Shown here: positions 16,623-25,774 of the stretch, piece after piece
Position numbering within the stretch: the stretch's first letter is position 1
Layout: every line of letters starts with the position of its first letter
From: a virus
Taxonomy: Duplodnaviria > Caudoviricetes
IMG/VR virus record: IMGVR_UViG_3300045135_002598
Location: 1 to 27,331 of that record
DNA: 27,331 bases
Reading direction: 5' to 3' (one strand)
The notes under the pieces: model-generated
Told to the model about the DNA's origin: nothing
Seen by the model: only the letters and a program-made list of their open reading frames with translations
Database searches by the model: none
Translations under genes and position numbers: made by a program

Positions 16623-17462
16623 ATGCTAAAAAAAATTTTTAAAGCTGCCAAAAAAGCGGCTCCCATTATCGGCGCAGGACTAGGCTTTTTATATGGTGGA
16701 CCTATGCTTGGTTCAGCTATTGGTGGTGGTCTTGGTAGTTTAGTTGCAGGCAAAAGCCCACGAGAGGCTCTTAAATTCGCTGCATTATCTGGATTGGCGG
16801 GCGGAGCTCTTGGTAGATTTGGTGGACTTCAAGCTGGTCAAGGACTAGGTGGTTTAATTCCTAAAGCTGCTACATCAACAGCAGTGCCACAAAGTGTTCT
16901 TAGTGCAGCTCAAGGTGGTAATAAACTTTTACTTAAAGACGCAATAATGAAAGGCGCCGTACAAAAGCCAGGTGTCCTTGGATCAATAGTAAATTTCGCA
17001 AAAGCTAATCCGTTAAAAACAGCAGGGGCTCTTGCAGGGCTAACTGGACTTCTTGCTAGTAAAGAGGAAGAAAAGAAATCAACACCTTTTGAAGATGTAT
17101 ATGGCACAGTGCCTGGATTTGCTAACATAGGAGATGCACCTATGGGTGGAGTTAAATTAATTCCTTTTTCTCAGTATGGTCCTAACTTAACACAAAGAGC
17201 AATGGGTGGAGAAATAAATGGTTTAAAAAAAATAGGTTTAAGACAAGGCGGTTTTCCTCGTAAGAATGGTAAGATAGCAGGACCAGGAACCGAGGTTAGT
17301 GATGACATACCTGCAATGTTAAGTGATGGTGAATTTGTTATTAATGCAAGAACTGTAAGAGGACTTGGTAGAGCAATGGGTGGTAAAGGTAAACAAGATA
17401 CTAGAGACAGAGGATCAAAATTCTTATATAGTTTACAGAATAAATATGGAGGCAAAAGATAA
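16623..17462 (+). CDS. Internal virion / ejection protein, Gly/Ala-rich
   Basis: True start ATG 16623 after AAGGAG; amphipathic N-terminus, glycine-zipper hydrophobic segments, C-terminal 'GPGT..SDDIPAMLSDGEFV.NA..V' motif shared with tape-measure/internal proteins. Confidence 0.7.
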   Translation: MLKKIFKAAKKAAPIIGAGLGFLYGGPMLGSAIGGGLGSLVAGKSPREALKFAALSGLAGGALGRFGGLQAGQGLGGLIPKAATSTAVPQSVLSAAQGGNKLLLKDAIMKGAVQKPGVLGSIVNFAKANPLKTAGALAGLTGLLASKEEEKKSTPFEDVYGTVPGFANIGDAPMGGVKLIPFSQYGPNLTQRAMGGEINGLKKIGLRQGGFPRKNGKIAGPGTEVSDDIPAMLSDGEFVINARTVRGLGRAMGGKGKQDTRDRGSKFLYSLQNKYGGKR

Positions 17463-18496
17463 TGGCTGAAGATACAATAACACAGATACAAGCACAACCG
17501 CCATACATTGAAAAAAGAGCAGAACAATTGCTTGCTTCTGTATTTGGAGATCCGACCGCTGTAAAAAAAGAAGGTGAAACAGATGAAGCTTTTCAATTAC
17601 GTAAGTTTGGTAGAGCAGGTATTGCTCAACAGATTCCAGCATTTCAATTTGCAGGCTTTACTCCTGAACAACAACAAGCTTTTGGATTAGCAAGTCAAAA
17701 CGTAGGTTCTTACGCACCAGCTTTACAACAAGCGATGGGTAGCACTGGTCTTGCAGGTGGTGCTTTTACAGGTGGTATTGGTCAAGCATTAGGTGCAACA
17801 CAAGCATATAATCCAGCTTCAGCGCAAGCTTTCATGGACCCATATCAACAACAAGTTACACAACAAGCTTTATCCGAGTATGATCGTCAAGCACAAATTG
17901 CTCAACAAGGTCTAGCTTCTCAAGCACAAAAAGCAGGTGCTTTTGGTGGCTCACGTTTCGGAGTACAAGAAGCGGAATTAGGTAGAAATTTAGCCGACAT
18001 TAAATCAAGAAGAATTTTTGAAGACTTATCACGTAACTATCAACAAGCTCAACAAGCAGCAATGGGCGCTCAAGAATCACAACAACGAAGACAATTACAG
18101 GCTGGTCAATTACTTGGTCAAGCAGGACAAGGTCTAGCTAGTCTAGGTAAAACTCAAGCTGGTCTTGGTGCACTTGGTCAACAACTTGGTCAAGCAGATA
18201 TTCAATCACTATTAGGTGTAGGTGGTATGCAACAACAACTTGGTCAAGCACAACTAGAGGCACAAAGACAACAACAACTAATGGCACAACAAGAACCATT
18301 TAGAAGATTAACATTTGCTAGTGACATACTACGAGGTGTTCCAAGTGGATCTATTGCCTATACTCAACAACCAGCTACCAATCCATATGCACAAGCACTT
18401 GGTCTTGGTATTGCAGGGTTAGGCGCTCTTGGTCAATTCGGTCAAGGCTTTGGTGGTTTATCAGAGGGCTTTGGTAACTTGTTTGGAGGTAATTAA
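17462..18496 (+). CDS. Gln/Ala/Gly-rich DNA pilot/ejection protein
   Basis: 'FMDPYQQQV', 'GAFGGSRFGV.EAE' motifs; extreme Gln content; hydrophobic Gly-rich C-terminus; TAATG coupling. Confidence 0.7.
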   Translation: MAEDTITQIQAQPPYIEKRAEQLLASVFGDPTAVKKEGETDEAFQLRKFGRAGIAQQIPAFQFAGFTPEQQQAFGLASQNVGSYAPALQQAMGSTGLAGGAFTGGIGQALGATQAYNPASAQAFMDPYQQQVTQQALSEYDRQAQIAQQGLASQAQKAGAFGGSRFGVQEAELGRNLADIKSRRIFEDLSRNYQQAQQAAMGAQESQQRRQLQAGQLLGQAGQGLASLGKTQAGLGALGQQLGQADIQSLLGVGGMQQQLGQAQLEAQRQQQLMAQQEPFRRLTFASDILRGVPSGSIAYTQQPATNPYAQALGLGIAGLGALGQFGQGFGGLSEGFGNLFGGN

Positions 18497-19611
18497 TGGC
18501 TTTACCAGCGATCGGATATGGTCTAGGTTCTTTGGCTTTAAGAGCCATTCCTGGTATAACAAGACTTGGTTCAAGGTTCTTACCACGTTTAATAGGTGGT
18601 GGATCTAGAGCAGGAAGTAAAGCAACAGGAACTGCTGTTGGTCCTTATTTAGGTGGTGGATCTACAGGCTTACCTGCTGTTATAGGTGGGGCAGCAAAAA
18701 CAGGAAGTAAAGCTAAACTACCTCTTTTTAGAATGTTAGGTATAGGCACGGCACCATTTGCAATAAGTGAGGTAAGTGATTTGATGATGAAAGAAGCAGA
18801 AACCTCTACTAATCAAAAGCCTATTATTAGTGATGAACAAAAGAAAAGAGAAAGAGAAGATGAACAAAGAGGAGTTCCTAAAAAAAATTTAAAAGATGAT
18901 TCAGATGATTTAAGTAAAAAAATTAATGATGGAGAATTAGATGATTATATTTCCAAGAATATTACCTTATTTGAAAAATATCTTGGGGATGGAAAAGAGA
19001 AAACAAAAGCCGCAGGTTTTGAAGCATTAACACAATTTGGTTTAAACTTAGCTACCGCAAGAGGTGGTAATCTTATAGATAAGATTGCTCGTTCCGCAAA
19101 AGATCCTTTAAAAACTTTTGCTGAAATAGGAAAAGCTGCAAAAAATAGAGCAGATAAAATAAAAATGGCTGCTATTGAAACAGGTATTCAACAAAGAGAA
19201 GCTGCCCTTGACAGAGCAGAAACAGATAAACCAGATGATGTTAAAACTTTAGAATATTTCTTAAAAATTCCTGAGTTAAAAAATAAGCCAATCGAAGAAC
19301 TAATTAGACTATCTAAAGCTAAAGCTACGATGTCTGATGAAGACTTTAAAAAAGAATTAATTTTATCTCTATCAGATCAAATTGGAACAGGGACAATCAC
19401 GTCAGAAAATTTACCTGTTGTGGTCGATAGTATTATGGCTCTTGCTGGAGCAACAACTGGAGGAGGAACTAGCGCCAACACTTTAGATCAAAGAGTACAA
19501 GCGGCTAAAGATGCAGGTTTTTCAGATGCAGAAATTATGGATGGTATAGAGTTATATGCTAAAGAGAATAACTTAAACAGAGACGAATTATTTGAAAAAT
19601 ATGGTTATTAA
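18496..19611 (+). CDS. Putative internal virion/ejection protein
   Basis: 371 aa; Gly-rich basic N-terminus, helical charged C-terminal part; coupled within the operon. Confidence 0.55.
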   Translation: MALPAIGYGLGSLALRAIPGITRLGSRFLPRLIGGGSRAGSKATGTAVGPYLGGGSTGLPAVIGGAAKTGSKAKLPLFRMLGIGTAPFAISEVSDLMMKEAETSTNQKPIISDEQKKREREDEQRGVPKKNLKDDSDDLSKKINDGELDDYISKNITLFEKYLGDGKEKTKAAGFEALTQFGLNLATARGGNLIDKIARSAKDPLKTFAEIGKAAKNRADKIKMAAIETGIQQREAALDRAETDKPDDVKTLEYFLKIPELKNKPIEELIRLSKAKATMSDEDFKKELILSLSDQIGTGTITSENLPVVVDSIMALAGATTGGGTSANTLDQRVQAAKDAGFSDAEIMDGIELYAKENNLNRDELFEKYGY

Positions 19612-19613
19612 TT

Positions 19614-22600
19614 ATGAATCAAAGAGTAAACGAACTTTTTGGCACTACCAAAAAAGAAGAAGATAAAAATAAAATTGAATCAATTTTTAGCACAAAGACT
19701 ATAATTCCAACAAACACAACTAAAGATCAAGAGAAAAGCAACGATACTGGATTAATTACATCAGGTCTTGCAGGGATAGGATCTGGTGCATTTAAAGCAG
19801 CGGAGGGCATAGTGTCTACTGGTGCATTGTTATTAGACTTAGGACTAGGAACTAATGAAGCTGCAAAAGTAGAAAAATATTTTGATAGCATAGACTTATA
19901 TAAACAGTTAGAAGATTTAGCTGATGACAGGTGGACTGGCACTGTCACAGAAGTTCTAACACAATTTGGTGTGCCAGGTGGCGTGGCATTAAAAGGTGCT
20001 AATGCATTATTAAAAGCAAAAAATTTAGGTGTATTAGCAAAAGTTCCTAATATAACAAAGTATTCTGCAGCAGGCCTTGCTGATGCTGCGGCGTCCACTG
20101 GTGATGTAGATACCATAGGAGATATGTTTGGAGCAGGTCCTACAAAGACAAGAGAAAATCAAGGGGAAAAAGGTAGGGCTGAAGCATACCGTCAACTAGA
20201 AAATAAGTTTAAGTTTGGAGTAGAAGGTGCACTTGGTTTTTCTTTGTTTGACAAAGCTGTTATTCCTTTAACACGTGAAGCACTTAAAAGTGTTGGTCCC
20301 ATAACATCAGGTATTTTTAGAAGTGCAACAGGTGGACCAAATACTTTTGTTCAAAGAAACATAATAAGAAGAAGAAATAAAAGAACTGGTAGAATGGAAG
20401 AAAAAGAAGTGGATGAATACGTTACTCTTCCAGATGATTTTCAATTTAATAAAAACAATATCATACGTGCCTTTGACAGAATAATAAGTGGTCTTCGACC
20501 AAGAGGTTCTATGACCAAAGATGGATTTCTTGACTATAGAAATAAAATTGATGTTATGAGAGCCGTAAATCAACAGGTAAGAATACAAGTAAATAAACTA
20601 GAACAAGCTGTGACGAGACTTTATAAGTCTGGTAAATTTAAAAATACAATGGATGGCACTCCACTACCTGAAAGAGAAAAGTTAATGGAGAATATATTTT
20701 CTTTATTAACAAGTGGTAGGCTCGCAAAAACCATGCGTAGTAAAGTGACAGGAGAAACTAAAAAAGTTTTAAGAGATGTAGATGATGCAAAACTTTTAGC
20801 AGAGATAAATAAACTTGGAATACCAAAAGAAATACTTCCTGAAATACAAAAGATGAGACAAATGATTGATGATATGGGTAGAGATATAGTTGATATGGGT
20901 GCAGGAAAAATAGAAGGTATTCCTGGAATAGCAAAAGGTTTTACAGATACCGTAGCTGCTAATATAGGAAATTATTTAAATAGAACCTATAGAGCGTTTG
21001 GTTCTCAAAAAGATAATTATATGGAAACTTTATACAACACCCCTGCTGGAAGACAAGTCATGGATAAAGCAAAAGTTTTTATTAATAAAGTTCTTACAGA
21101 GGAAGGAAGAGGATTAGGAAATATTATTGATGGTAAATTTGTGCCAAGAAATAATCAAGCAGCAAAAATGATGGATGATGAGATTAGTAATGTGTTAGCA
21201 GGTAACGTGGGATACGAACAGGCAGCAAAGAATACTATAGTTAGAAACACCTCTATAGATACAGGGATAGCTAAATCAAGACAGAATATACCTAAACCAA
21301 TACGTGAATTATTAGGAGAAGTAAAAAATCCAACAGAAGCTTTTTTAGAAACTGGTGCAAAACTATCAAAACTTTTAGGTGAAGCTAAATATATTGATCG
21401 ACTTAAACAGACTGGTAGGGGTAAATATTTTTTTGATAAACCAACTTTTGCTGAAGGTGGAGTTGCATTTAATAAAGCTTTAAATCTTGGAGGAGAAACT
21501 GTTTATACAACAGAGAGATTAGCAAAAACTATTTCAGATCAATTCAATCCTCAAGAAATGTTTGGAGGCGCTCTTGGATCTATTTATAAAGTTTCTTTTT
21601 TACCTTACAAAGCCTTAATTCAAGAATCTAAAACAACGCTTAATCCTTTTACACATATAAGAAATGTCATTAGTGCTTTATCTTTCACTGGTATTAATGG
21701 AAACTTTTTTAATAATCCAATAAGAGTGGTGGATGAATTCGCAGAAGCTTATGACATAGTAAGAGGTCAAACAAAAAGTCAAATAGAAACTGATCTTGGA
21801 AAACAATTATTTAAAGATAAGAAAAGTTTAAATCAAATTGAAAAATACATTAATAGTGTTCAAGAACTACAGGGTAGAGGTGTTGTTAATACTAACGCTA
21901 ACTTAGGAGACTTAAGAGCAATGTTAAATGAGATTTCAACAGGTGCTCACAACCTAACATACGAAGGACAAATGAATACCTTGTTTGGAAGATTAGGTCA
22001 AAAAGCAGCTAAAGGTCTTGTTGGCGATACGCAAGGAGTTGTTTCCAAAACAAGGCAAGTTGCAAGAGGATTGTATCAAGCAGAAGATGATTTTTTTAAA
22101 ATACAAAATTACATTGCAGAACAAAATAAATATCATGATGCTCTTGATGATTTATATAAAACAGATGTAAACAGATTCGTGGCTCAATACGGAGAAGAAG
22201 CTACTAAATACGGACAATTAAAAGACGATTTATTCACAAGAAAAGGCTATGATGAATTTATAAAAAACAAGGCAGCCGACACAGTAAAAAATAATATACC
22301 TAACTATGACTATGTTGGTGGTTTTATTAGAGGACTTCGTTTTTCTCCTATAGGTAACTTTGTTTCATTTCCTGCAGAAATAATTAGAACAGGAATTAAT
22401 ACTGCAAAACAAGGTTTTAAAGAATTACAAGATGATAATCTTAGATCCATAGGTTTTAAAAGATTAGCTGGACTAGGACTTTTTGGTTTTGCTATGGGTG
22501 AAGGTGCCGTTCTTGCAGGACAATTAGCTTACGGTGTATCAAATAAAACACTTAATTCTTTAAAAGAATACTTACCTGATTGGTCAAAAAATTCTAACAT

Positions 22601-23732
22601 TGTGCCAATAAAAAAGAATGGACAATTACATTACATAGATTTTTCTCATAGTAATGCTTATGATTTATTAACTAGACCTATGAGAGCGGCTCTTGCCGAA
22701 TATGGTAGAGCATCAGAAGAACAAGGATTAAAAGCCATTGATGATGCAGGATTTGCAGCAATAGCAGAATTAGGAAAACCATTTTTTTCCGAGGCCATAC
22801 TAACAGAATGGATAGCAGATGTTACAGCGAGAGGTGGTGAAAAGAAAAGTGGTGCTAGAATATGGAACCCTTCAGATTCTGGTTATGAAAAATTTACTAA
22901 AGGTGTTTTAGAATTGTTTGGTAGAGCAGCACCTCTTGGATACTCTCAATTAAAAAGATTATACTCCTCTGGAATAGGAGCTCCAGACAAGTATGGAAGA
23001 ACTTTTGATTTTGGTAGTGAACTTGGAGGTGTGTTTGGTTTTAGAATACAAGATCCTTTTGTAGAACGAGGATTAAACTTTAAAATAAAAGAAAATCAGG
23101 ATGCAAAATCAAATGCAAATAGAGAATTAAGTATAGTATTTCAACGTGGTGCAACTGTAGAGGACATTGTGAAAGCTCTTGATAAAGCGAACGAAGTAAA
23201 ATTTAAAGCTGATCAGGCTTTATTTAAAGATATAGAAGCAGCTAAAAATTTAGGACTACCAGATAATGTTATAAGAAAACAAATAGTTAGAAGATTAGGA
23301 AAAAAAGAAGGTAACTTTGTTTTACAAAATAGATTCTCACCATTACAATTAACGTCTGGTCAAATACAAGCAATAATTAAAAACGCTAGAATAGCAGGAC
23401 TACCCAATCCAATGTCTAATTTAGCACCTTTAACTGCTGGAATATTTCAAAAATATCTTAATAGAAATTTTTATGATGATCCTGATAGTTTGTTCGAAAG
23501 ACCTTTAGATATATTTGAAGATAGACAAATGCCTATTGTTATACCTGAAGATCCTATAGATCAACCCACTACTCCTATAATTCCTAATATGCCAATCAAT
23601 AAAGAACCTACCATACAGAACATATTTGGTTTAAACACTGTGGGAACAGGAACAATTTCACCATCAGATCGATCTCAACTTGCCAAAAGCGGAGATATTG
23701 ATATAACTGAAGCATTAGTAAACAGAGGATAA
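19614..23732 (+). CDS. Large internal virion (DNA ejection) protein
   Basis: 1372 aa, mostly helical; 'KT.LNP.TH.RN', 'LYQAEDD.FK', 'P.GNFVSFPAE..R', 'YIDFS..N.YD' motifs typical of large podovirus core proteins. Confidence 0.7.
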   Translation: MNQRVNELFGTTKKEEDKNKIESIFSTKTIIPTNTTKDQEKSNDTGLITSGLAGIGSGAFKAAEGIVSTGALLLDLGLGTNEAAKVEKYFDSIDLYKQLEDLADDRWTGTVTEVLTQFGVPGGVALKGANALLKAKNLGVLAKVPNITKYSAAGLADAAASTGDVDTIGDMFGAGPTKTRENQGEKGRAEAYRQLENKFKFGVEGALGFSLFDKAVIPLTREALKSVGPITSGIFRSATGGPNTFVQRNIIRRRNKRTGRMEEKEVDEYVTLPDDFQFNKNNIIRAFDRIISGLRPRGSMTKDGFLDYRNKIDVMRAVNQQVRIQVNKLEQAVTRLYKSGKFKNTMDGTPLPEREKLMENIFSLLTSGRLAKTMRSKVTGETKKVLRDVDDAKLLAEINKLGIPKEILPEIQKMRQMIDDMGRDIVDMGAGKIEGIPGIAKGFTDTVAANIGNYLNRTYRAFGSQKDNYMETLYNTPAGRQVMDKAKVFINKVLTEEGRGLGNIIDGKFVPRNNQAAKMMDDEISNVLAGNVGYEQAAKNTIVRNTSIDTGIAKSRQNIPKPIRELLGEVKNPTEAFLETGAKLSKLLGEAKYIDRLKQTGRGKYFFDKPTFAEGGVAFNKALNLGGETVYTTERLAKTISDQFNPQEMFGGALGSIYKVSFLPYKALIQESKTTLNPFTHIRNVISALSFTGINGNFFNNPIRVVDEFAEAYDIVRGQTKSQIETDLGKQLFKDKKSLNQIEKYINSVQELQGRGVVNTNANLGDLRAMLNEISTGAHNLTYEGQMNTLFGRLGQKAAKGLVGDTQGVVSKTRQVARGLYQAEDDFFKIQNYIAEQNKYHDALDDLYKTDVNRFVAQYGEEATKYGQLKDDLFTRKGYDEFIKNKAADTVKNNIPNYDYVGGFIRGLRFSPIGNFVSFPAEIIRTGINTAKQGFKELQDDNLRSIGFKRLAGLGLFGFAMGEGAVLAGQLAYGVSNKTLNSLKEYLPDWSKNSNIVPIKKNGQLHYIDFSHSNAYDLLTRPMRAALAEYGRASEEQGLKAIDDAGFAAIAELGKPFFSEAILTEWIADVTARGGEKKSGARIWNPSDSGYEKFTKGVLELFGRAAPLGYSQLKRLYSSGIGAPDKYGRTFDFGSELGGVFGFRIQDPFVERGLNFKIKENQDAKSNANRELSIVFQRGATVEDIVKALDKANEVKFKADQALFKDIEAAKNLGLPDNVIRKQIVRRLGKKEGNFVLQNRFSPLQLTSGQIQAIIKNARIAGLPNPMSNLAPLTAGIFQKYLNRNFYDDPDSLFERPLDIFEDRQMPIVIPEDPIDQPTTPIIPNMPINKEPTIQNIFGLNTVGTGTISPSDRSQLAKSGDIDITEALVNRG

Positions 23733-23733
23733 T

Positions 23734-25071
23734 ATGGCAAGTAGACGTAGAGGTGCTGGAGGTAGAAGAGCTAAAGCTAGACGTCAACAAAAAGTTAATA
23801 GACAAGTATCTCAAAGACGTGCTGATCGAAATAGAGGTATAGCTGCGGCTAGAGCCAGTGGTCAAAGAAGAAGATCGGAACCTCAATATCTTACAGGCAG
23901 AGATGCTGCAGCAAGAGGAATTGCTACAGCTAATAGAGAAAAAGATTTACAACAAAGCGTCGGTAGTCTTGATAGACGAGTCGAGAAAGCTTTAAAAGAA
24001 GGAAATACAGGTTTAGCTAAAGATCTACGTTCACGACAAAATAAATTTGCCAGAGAGCTTGCTTATGAAAGAGCAAGAAATACTCCTGGTGGCACAATCA
24101 AGGGCGCTAGAACAAGTGGTGGTAATCCTATTTTAACATCAAAAGGTTTTGACGTATTTCAACAAACCCGAGATCAAGACTTTATAGATCCAACAAGAAA
24201 ATTACAAAATGAATTTCCAGATCAATTTGGTGAAATGTATCCAATCACAAATATATTAAACAGAGGGCCTTTTGCATTTCAAGGAATACAAGCTGCACTT
24301 GGTAAAGAAAGAAAACCAATACCCTATAATTTAGAGGACATGCCAGGGATACGATATCCTTTAGATCCTATTGCTGTTAGAACAAGATCAGATAGACAAG
24401 CTCCTTTAGATGAAAAAGCTTTTACCGTCTCTGATAGACAACCAGGATTTAGAGATACTGATCCACAACTATCTATAGAGTTTGGTGAAACAACACCAGA
24501 AGATTTAATACTTCCAAAACAATTTGACGTAATAGATCCTGACACAAGATCAGAAGTGGTTGATGAAACTATGGGTGATATAATAGATTCAGGTGTTCAA
24601 GATTTTGCTGAGTTAGATAAAGAGTTTCAAAAAGAATCCGCAGAATATGAAAAAAGAAAAGCAGAAGAACCAACATTTACTGACAACTATCCTTTTGAAG
24701 TAGCTAGTAATGAACCAATCAGGTCTTACTTTAATTTGTTTGGTCAAAACGATGCTCCTGATGATCAAATTTTAGTGGATGCACTTAATGCTGATATGCT
24801 TGACGATGGAACTTTTCAAAGTGTTACCAATCCTACAATGGAAGAACCTCAAATGCAGCTTAGTCCTATTCCTGTAGAAGATTTTCTTCCTGAAATGAAT
24901 AGACAAATGGAAGAAGATAAGTTTCGTTTAAAAGCAGATTTTCCTTATTTAAATGATGCACAAATAGAGGGTCTTTATAATTATAAAAAAGGAATAGGAT
25001 CCAAAACTCCAACCTCTCTTGACTCTAATCCTGTAGAATTCGATGACTACATGATTAAAAGAATGTTCTGA
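23734..25071 (+). CDS. Hypothetical protein with Arg-rich N-terminus and acidic C-terminal half
   Basis: 445 aa; GAGG RBS; coupled to the internal-protein operon. Confidence 0.75.
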   Translation: MASRRRGAGGRRAKARRQQKVNRQVSQRRADRNRGIAAARASGQRRRSEPQYLTGRDAAARGIATANREKDLQQSVGSLDRRVEKALKEGNTGLAKDLRSRQNKFARELAYERARNTPGGTIKGARTSGGNPILTSKGFDVFQQTRDQDFIDPTRKLQNEFPDQFGEMYPITNILNRGPFAFQGIQAALGKERKPIPYNLEDMPGIRYPLDPIAVRTRSDRQAPLDEKAFTVSDRQPGFRDTDPQLSIEFGETTPEDLILPKQFDVIDPDTRSEVVDETMGDIIDSGVQDFAELDKEFQKESAEYEKRKAEEPTFTDNYPFEVASNEPIRSYFNLFGQNDAPDDQILVDALNADMLDDGTFQSVTNPTMEEPQMQLSPIPVEDFLPEMNRQMEEDKFRLKADFPYLNDAQIEGLYNYKKGIGSKTPTSLDSNPVEFDDYMIKRMF

Positions 25072-25274
25072 TGAATCTTAAAACTATCAACATTACCGCA
25101 GTTATTATTGCAGGAATTACTGTTATCTACAGCTATGGTATGTTGGTGAATAGAGTCATTGCCAATGAAAATAAGATAAAAGATTTAGATATGTTGCGTA
25201 TCGATGCACGGCTCTCGGTCATTGAAGCTAATGTTGTTTCAATAAATGATAAGATAGACCAAGCTATTAAGTAG
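25071..25274 (+). CDS. Small membrane-anchored coiled-coil protein (possibly lysis-related)
   Basis: Hydrophobic 'ITAVIIAGITVIYSYGMLV' followed by heptads; TGATG coupling. Confidence 0.55.
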   Translation: MNLKTINITAVIIAGITVIYSYGMLVNRVIANENKIKDLDMLRIDARLSVIEANVVSINDKIDQAIK

Positions 25275-25485
25275 CTTTCATCACAAACATATTAGATTCT
25301 AAACACCACGTCTGTGTATAGACAGGATTTATTCCTTGCTTTGCTGCTAGATCATAAATGTTATTTTCCATAACAATACGTCTTGCTTCACACTTCTCTT
25401 GTTCAAAGTATAACTCTGCTTGATGTTTTACTGAAGGCATACCAGGCATAGAGATCATTGATATAAGTAACCATATTTTAATCAT
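25267..25485 (-). CDS. Small hypothetical protein, hydrophobic N-terminus, two Cys
   Basis: 72 aa; overlaps upstream nuclease gene by 8 nt; 'K.W.L', 'F..E.CE', 'WC.E' pattern. Confidence 0.65.
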   Translation of the reverse strand: MIKIWLLISMISMPGMPSVKHQAELYFEQEKCEARRIVMENNIYDLAAKQGINPVYTQTWCLESNMFVMKAT

Positions 25486-25774
25486 TCTTATAGAAGTAAC
25501 ACTTTCCTTCCTTAGTGACCATCAATAATTTAATATTCATTTTTTTCTGTTGTTTACTTGGCATTCTTCGTATCTTATGTCCTGCATGCGTGCCTGTCTT
25601 TCGTATACTTTCGCTCTTAATATCTATCTTTATAACGTTTCCCTTATCATTCATAGCAATCACGTCACACGGTCCAAGGCCACTTACATTATCGAAGACG
25701 TAGTAATTTTTTTTAGTAAGCCATAGGATGGCTCGCATATGGTTTTCAAAACCAATCTGCTGTTTTCTATTCAA
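25478..25774 (-). CDS. PD-(D/E)xK endonuclease (Holliday-junction-resolvase-like)
   Basis: 'L.K.NYYVF.N...GPCDVIA......KIDIKS'; probable TTG start at 25774 after GGGGAG (track start 25801). Confidence 0.65.
   Translation of the reverse strand: MNRKQQIGFENHMRAILWLTKKNYYVFDNVSGLGPCDVIAMNDKGNVIKIDIKSESIRKTGTHAGHKIRRMPSKQQKKMNIKLLMVTKEGKCYFYKND

Noticed and set aside
1619-19611. Collagen Gly-X-Y repeats as hydroxylase substrates
   Set aside because: The Gly-rich proteins lack sustained triplet periodicity.
1630-25703. Shadow ORFs in the track (e.g. 1630-2019, 2311-2514, 10840-11097, 12169-12939, 16910-17642, 19727-20588, 24324-24545, 25515-25703)
   Set aside because: Antisense or out-of-frame within well-supported genes, with no recognisable motifs; explained by codon bias.
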